Positions 28,468-32,000 of a stretch of DNA of 32,000 bases are shown one piece after another. Origin of the DNA: Alkalilimnicola ehrlichii MLHE-1 (lineage in GTDB: Bacteria; Pseudomonadota; Gammaproteobacteria; Nitrococcales; Halorhodospiraceae); contig NC_008340.1 in assembly GCF_000014785.1 (NCBI RefSeq), positions 570,001 through 602,000 on the forward strand, written 5' to 3'. Numbering within the stretch: position 1 is the stretch's first letter; every line of letters starts with the position of its first letter. Made by a program: the position numbers and the translations under genes. The notes below the pieces were generated by a model. That model saw only the letters and a list, made by a program, of their open reading frames with translations, was not told where the DNA came from and ran no database searches.

Positions 28468-30021
28468 ATGAGCGAGAAAGAAAGACTCATCATCTTCGAC
28501 ACCACGTTGCGCGACGGCGAGCAGAGCCCCGGCGCCTCCATGACCCGCGAGGAGAAGGTGCGCATCGGCCGTGCCCTGGAGCGACTGAAGGTGGATGTCA
28601 TCGAGGCCGGTTTCCCCGCCGCCAGCGAAGGCGACTTCGAGTCGGTCCGCGCCGTCGCCCGTGCGGTACGGGGCAGCCGTATCTGCGGCCTGGCGCGCGC
28701 CCGCGAGGACGATATCCGGCGGGCCGGTGAGGCGCTGCAGGAGGCCGAGGCCGGGCGTATCCACACCTTCCTGGCCACCTCGCCCATCCACATGGAGAAG
28801 AAGCTGCGGATGACCCCCGACGAGGTGGTGGATGCCGCCGTCCGGGCGGTGAAGCTGGCCCGCTCCCTTTGCGACGATGTGGAGTTCTCGCCGGAGGACG
28901 CCGGGCGTTCCGATCCGGAGTTCCTCTGCCGGGTCATTGAGGCGGTGATCGACGCTGGCGCCGGCACCGTGAACATCCCCGATACGGTGGGCTACAACCT
29001 GCCCGAGCAATTCGGCGGGTTGATCGGGCGGCTGCGCGAGCGGGTGCCCAACTCCGACAAGGCGGTCTTCTCGGTGCACTGCCACAACGATCTGGGGGTG
29101 GCGGTGGCCAACTCCCTGGCCGCGGTGATGAACGGGGCCCGACAGGTGGAGTGCACCATCAACGGCCTGGGCGAGCGGGCCGGCAACGCCGCACTGGAGG
29201 AGGTGGTCATGGCGGTGCGCACCCGGCAGGACTTCTTCCCCTGCGACACCGGGATCGATGCCCACGAGATCGTCCCTGCCAGCCGCCTGGTGGCCAATAT
29301 CACCGGTTTCCAGCCCCAGCCGAACAAGGCCATCGTGGGCGCCAACGCCTTCGCCCACGAGTCGGGCATCCACCAGGACGGGGTGCTCAAGCACCGCGAG
29401 ACCTACGAGATCATGCGCGCCGAGGACGTGGGCTGGCACACCAACCGCATGGTGCTGGGCAAGCACTCGGGCCGCAACGCCTTCCGCGCCCGGCTCAAGG
29501 ATCTGGGCATCGAGTTTGAGTCGGAGGAGCAGCTTAACGAGGCCTTTCAGCGCTTCAAGGGGCTGGCGGACAAGAAGCACGAGATCTTCGACGAGGACCT
29601 GCAGGCGCTGGTCACCGAGGCCAACCTGGAGCTGGAGAACGAGCGTTACCGGCTGCTCGCGCTGCGGGTCTGCTCCGAGACCGGGGAGACCCCGGAGGCG
29701 ATTGTCACCCTGGCGGTGGACGGCCACGAGCGCAGGGCGGTCTGTCCGGGCAGTGGTCCGGTAGATGCCGCCTTCAAGGCCATTGAGGAGCTGGTCGGGG
29801 CGGCGGATACCGAGCTGTTGCTCTACTCGGTGAGCAATATCACCACCGGGACCGACTCCCAGGGCGAGGTGACCGTGCGCCTGGAACGGGGTGGGCGGAT
29901 CGTCAACGGGCAAGGCTCGGACACCGACATCGTCATCGCCTCGGCCAAGGCCTACCTGAACGCCCTGAACAAGATCGACCAGGGTGAGCTGCGGCGCCAC
30001 CCGCAGGCGGCGGACGTTTAG
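28468..30021 (+). CDS. leuA: 2-isopropylmalate synthase
   Basis: [65 protein letters not shown]...; 517 aa. Confidence 0.97.
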   Translation: MSEKERLIIFDTTLRDGEQSPGASMTREEKVRIGRALERLKVDVIEAGFPAASEGDFESVRAVARAVRGSRICGLARAREDDIRRAGEALQEAEAGRIHTFLATSPIHMEKKLRMTPDEVVDAAVRAVKLARSLCDDVEFSPEDAGRSDPEFLCRVIEAVIDAGAGTVNIPDTVGYNLPEQFGGLIGRLRERVPNSDKAVFSVHCHNDLGVAVANSLAAVMNGARQVECTINGLGERAGNAALEEVVMAVRTRQDFFPCDTGIDAHEIVPASRLVANITGFQPQPNKAIVGANAFAHESGIHQDGVLKHRETYEIMRAEDVGWHTNRMVLGKHSGRNAFRARLKDLGIEFESEEQLNEAFQRFKGLADKKHEIFDEDLQALVTEANLELENERYRLLALRVCSETGETPEAIVTLAVDGHERRAVCPGSGPVDAAFKAIEELVGAADTELLLYSVSNITTGTDSQGEVTVRLERGGRIVNGQGSDTDIVIASAKAYLNALNKIDQGELRRHPQAADV

Positions 30022-30025
30022 CGCC

Positions 30026-30820
30026 ATGGGCGACGCTGGCCGCGACGCCCGCCGGTACCAACGGCTGCGGCAGATGGGGGTTGATCTCTATGTGCCGCGG
30101 CCGGGGGCGGGGCCGCAGGTGGCGGATGCCGTTCCGGCCGGGCCGGACCCGGTGCGGGATGGGGCGCCAGAGCCCGGGCCGGCGCCGGCGGACGTGGTCA
30201 CGGCGCCCCCCGCGGCGGAACCGGCCGCTGCCTCCGAGGCGGACCCCACCAGCGGTGACGTGGCGCGGCTGAACTGGGCCGCTCTGGAAGACCGGGTGGC
30301 CGGGTGCCGCCTGTGCGGGCTCTGTGAAGGGCGCCGTAACACCGTCTTCGGGGTGGGCAGTCGGCAGGCGGATCTGGTCCTGGTGGGCGAGGGGCCCGGG
30401 GCCGAGGAGGATAAGCGGGGCGAGCCCTTCGTGGGCCAGGCCGGGCGCCTGTTGGATCGCATGCTGGCCGCCATCGGCCTGGATCGCTCCCGGGTCTACA
30501 TCTGCAACGTGGTGAAGTGCCGGCCGCCGCGCAATCGCGACCCGCGGCCCGAGGAGGTCGCGGCGTGCCGGCCTTATCTGGAACGTCAGCTCACCCTGCT
30601 GGAGCCACGCTTGATCGTCGCCCTGGGCCGGGTCTCCGCCCATCAGCTACTCAATGTCACCACGCCGCTGGGGCGGCTCCGGGGTGGGCTGCATCGCTAT
30701 GCCCCGGTGGATGTCCCCTTGCTGGCCACCTATCATCCTGCTTACCTGTTACGTAACCCCGCGGACAAGGCGAGGGCCTGGGAGGATCTCAAGCGTATCC
30801 GCCGGATCCTGGCGGAATAG
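30026..30820 (+). CDS. Uracil-DNA glycosylase, type 4-like
   Basis: CRLCGLCEGRRNTVFGVGSRQADLVLVGEGPGAEEDKRGEPFVGQAGRLLDRMLAAIGLDRSRVYICNVVKCRPPRNRDPRPEEVAACRPYLERQLTLLEPRLIVALG...YHPAYLLRNP: Fe-S cysteines and family 4 motifs. Confidence 0.93.
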   Translation: MGDAGRDARRYQRLRQMGVDLYVPRPGAGPQVADAVPAGPDPVRDGAPEPGPAPADVVTAPPAAEPAAASEADPTSGDVARLNWAALEDRVAGCRLCGLCEGRRNTVFGVGSRQADLVLVGEGPGAEEDKRGEPFVGQAGRLLDRMLAAIGLDRSRVYICNVVKCRPPRNRDPRPEEVAACRPYLERQLTLLEPRLIVALGRVSAHQLLNVTTPLGRLRGGLHRYAPVDVPLLATYHPAYLLRNPADKARAWEDLKRIRRILAE

Positions 30821-30848
30821 CCCTGTGCCCGGCCCATCGGAGGCGCCC

Positions 30849-31334
30849 ATGGTAGCCGTCGTTGCCCCCCGGCCCGGAAGGATCCGGGCGATGATTGAGG
30901 CGGATCTCCCCGAAGTGGTGCAGGTGGAGCAGCGCTCCTATTCCTGGCCGTGGTCCTACGGCATCTTCCGCGACTGCCTGCGCGCCGGGTATCCCGGCTG
31001 GGTCTATGTGCGGGGCGGGCATATCGTGGGCTTCGTGCTGATCTCGGCGGTGGCCGGAGAGGGCCATATCCTGAACCTATGCGTCAGTCCGGAGGTGCGC
31101 CGGGAGGGGGTGGGGCAGGCGCTGCTGGAACGGGTGATCGCGGATGCCCCCACCTTCGAGGTGCAGGAGCTCTTCCTGGAGGTGCGACCCAGCAACAAGG
31201 GCGCCCAGGCTCTCTACCGCTCGGCGGGCTTCGAGCGAATCGGGCGACGCCGCGGCTATTACCCGGCTACCGGGGGGCGGGAGGATGCCCTGGTGCTGGC
31301 GCGGCTGATCGAGGGGCCGGGCGGTGGGGCGTGA
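30849..31334 (+). CDS. rimI: Ribosomal protein S18-alanine N-acetyltransferase RimI-like
   Basis: QVEQRSYSWPWSYGIFRDCLRAGYPGWVYVRGGHIVGFVLISAVAGEGHILNLCVSPEVRREGVGQALLERVI...FLEVRPSNKGAQALYRSAGFERIGRRRGYYPATGGREDALVL. Confidence 0.92.
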   Translation: MVAVVAPRPGRIRAMIEADLPEVVQVEQRSYSWPWSYGIFRDCLRAGYPGWVYVRGGHIVGFVLISAVAGEGHILNLCVSPEVRREGVGQALLERVIADAPTFEVQELFLEVRPSNKGAQALYRSAGFERIGRRRGYYPATGGREDALVLARLIEGPGGGA

Positions 31335-31338
31335 GCGG

Positions 31339-31530
31339 ATGGGCTGGTGGCAGGTCCTGATGAGCACCCTGGCGGCGGCCTTCGGGGTGCAGACCGAGCA
31401 GGCCCGGCGGCGCGATTTTACCCAGGGGAGCCCCTGGTTGTTCATCGCCGCCGGCGTGGCCTTCACGCTGGTCTTTATCCTGGTTCTGGTGCTGATCGTC
31501 CGGGTAGTGCTCGCCAGCGCCGGGGCTTGA
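31339..31530 (+). CDS. DUF2970 family small membrane protein
   Basis: MGWWQVLMSTLAAAFGVQTEQARRRDFTQGSPWLFIAAGVAFTLVFILVLVLIVRVVLASAGA; characteristic soluble N-terminus with GVQxxxxRxxDFxxGSPW and one TM. Confidence 0.85.
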   Translation: MGWWQVLMSTLAAAFGVQTEQARRRDFTQGSPWLFIAAGVAFTLVFILVLVLIVRVVLASAGA

Positions 31531-31591
31531 GCCCGGTGGGCAGCGTCGCCCTGACGCGACCCGCCGCCTCAGGCTCGGCCCGGTATGCCGC

Positions 31592-32000
31592 TCAGACCCG
31601 GGCGATCTTCTCGCGCTGGGTCTCGATCTTCTCCAGGGCGGAGCGCTGGTCGGCGAGTTTGTCGCGCTCCTTCTGGACCACCGCCTCCGGCGCCTTGGTG
31701 ATGAAGTTCTCGTTGCCCAGTTTGCCCTCCAGGCGCGCCACCTCCTTTTGCAGGCGCTGGCGGGCCTTGTCCAGGCGGGCCAGCTCGGCGTCCTTGTCGA
31801 TCAGGCCGGCCATGGGTACCAGGAGCTGCATGTCGCCCACCAGGGCGATGGCGGATTCGGGCGCCTCGCCGGTGACCTCCTCGATGGACTCCAGCCGGGC
31901 CAGGGTCTTGAGGAAGGCGTCGTAGTTCTCCAACCGGGCGCGGTCCTCGGGGGCGGTGTTCTGCAGCAGCACCGGTAGTGGCTTGGCCGGTGACAGATCC
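31592..32000 (-). CDS. valS: Valyl-tRNA synthetase, C-terminal part (gene continues beyond window)
   Basis: ...LLQNTAPEDRARLENYDAFLKTLARLESIEEV...MQLLVPMAGLIDKDAELARLDKARQRLQKEVARLEGKLGNENFITKAPEAVVQKERDKLADQRSALEKIETQREKIARV: ValRS C-terminal coiled coil. Confidence 0.95.
   Translation of the reverse strand, partial: DLSPAKPLPVLLQNTAPEDRARLENYDAFLKTLARLESIEEVTGEAPESAIALVGDMQLLVPMAGLIDKDAELARLDKARQRLQKEVARLEGKLGNENFITKAPEAVVQKERDKLADQRSALEKIETQREKIARV

Noticed and set aside
28360-30027. 555-aa minus-strand ORF
   Set aside because: Antisense to leuA; leuA is unmistakable.

Overview
High-GC proteobacterial chromosomal window. My guess is a gammaproteobacterium of the Ectothiorhodospiraceae/Halorhodospira type; this is inferred from protein style only. 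It is mostly ordinary, densely packed core genes. Left to right: partial PP2C-type phosphatase; degenerate Memo-like protein; small ORF; SufT; glutaredoxin-like/DUF3429 fusion; PA2778/PA2779-type cysteine-peptidase/TPR lipoprotein pair; GNAT + carbon-nitrogen hydrolase fusion; TamA-TamB; SDR epimerase; TrmH; a 141-bp tandem repeat array; small secreted protein; lytic transglycosylase; ProS; CBS/PAS/GGDEF/EAL protein with an overlapping small gene; MgtC/DUF4010 membrane protein; IlvH-IlvC; acidic lipoprotein; NfeD; phasin; DUF3185; PssA; M48 peptidase; LeuA; type-4 uracil-DNA glycosylase; RimI; DUF2970; partial ValS. I found no RNA genes, CRISPR arrays, transposases, phage genes or obvious defence system. 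The best second-look items are a Leu-rich candidate leader peptide behind a good promoter upstream of leuA, the palindromic 141-bp tandem array that also yields a false 216-aa ORF, the glutaredoxin-like/DUF3429 fusion lacking the CPYC motif, the Memo-like protein lacking most metal-ligand motifs, and the dispersed branched-chain amino acid cluster without an adjacent ilvI.
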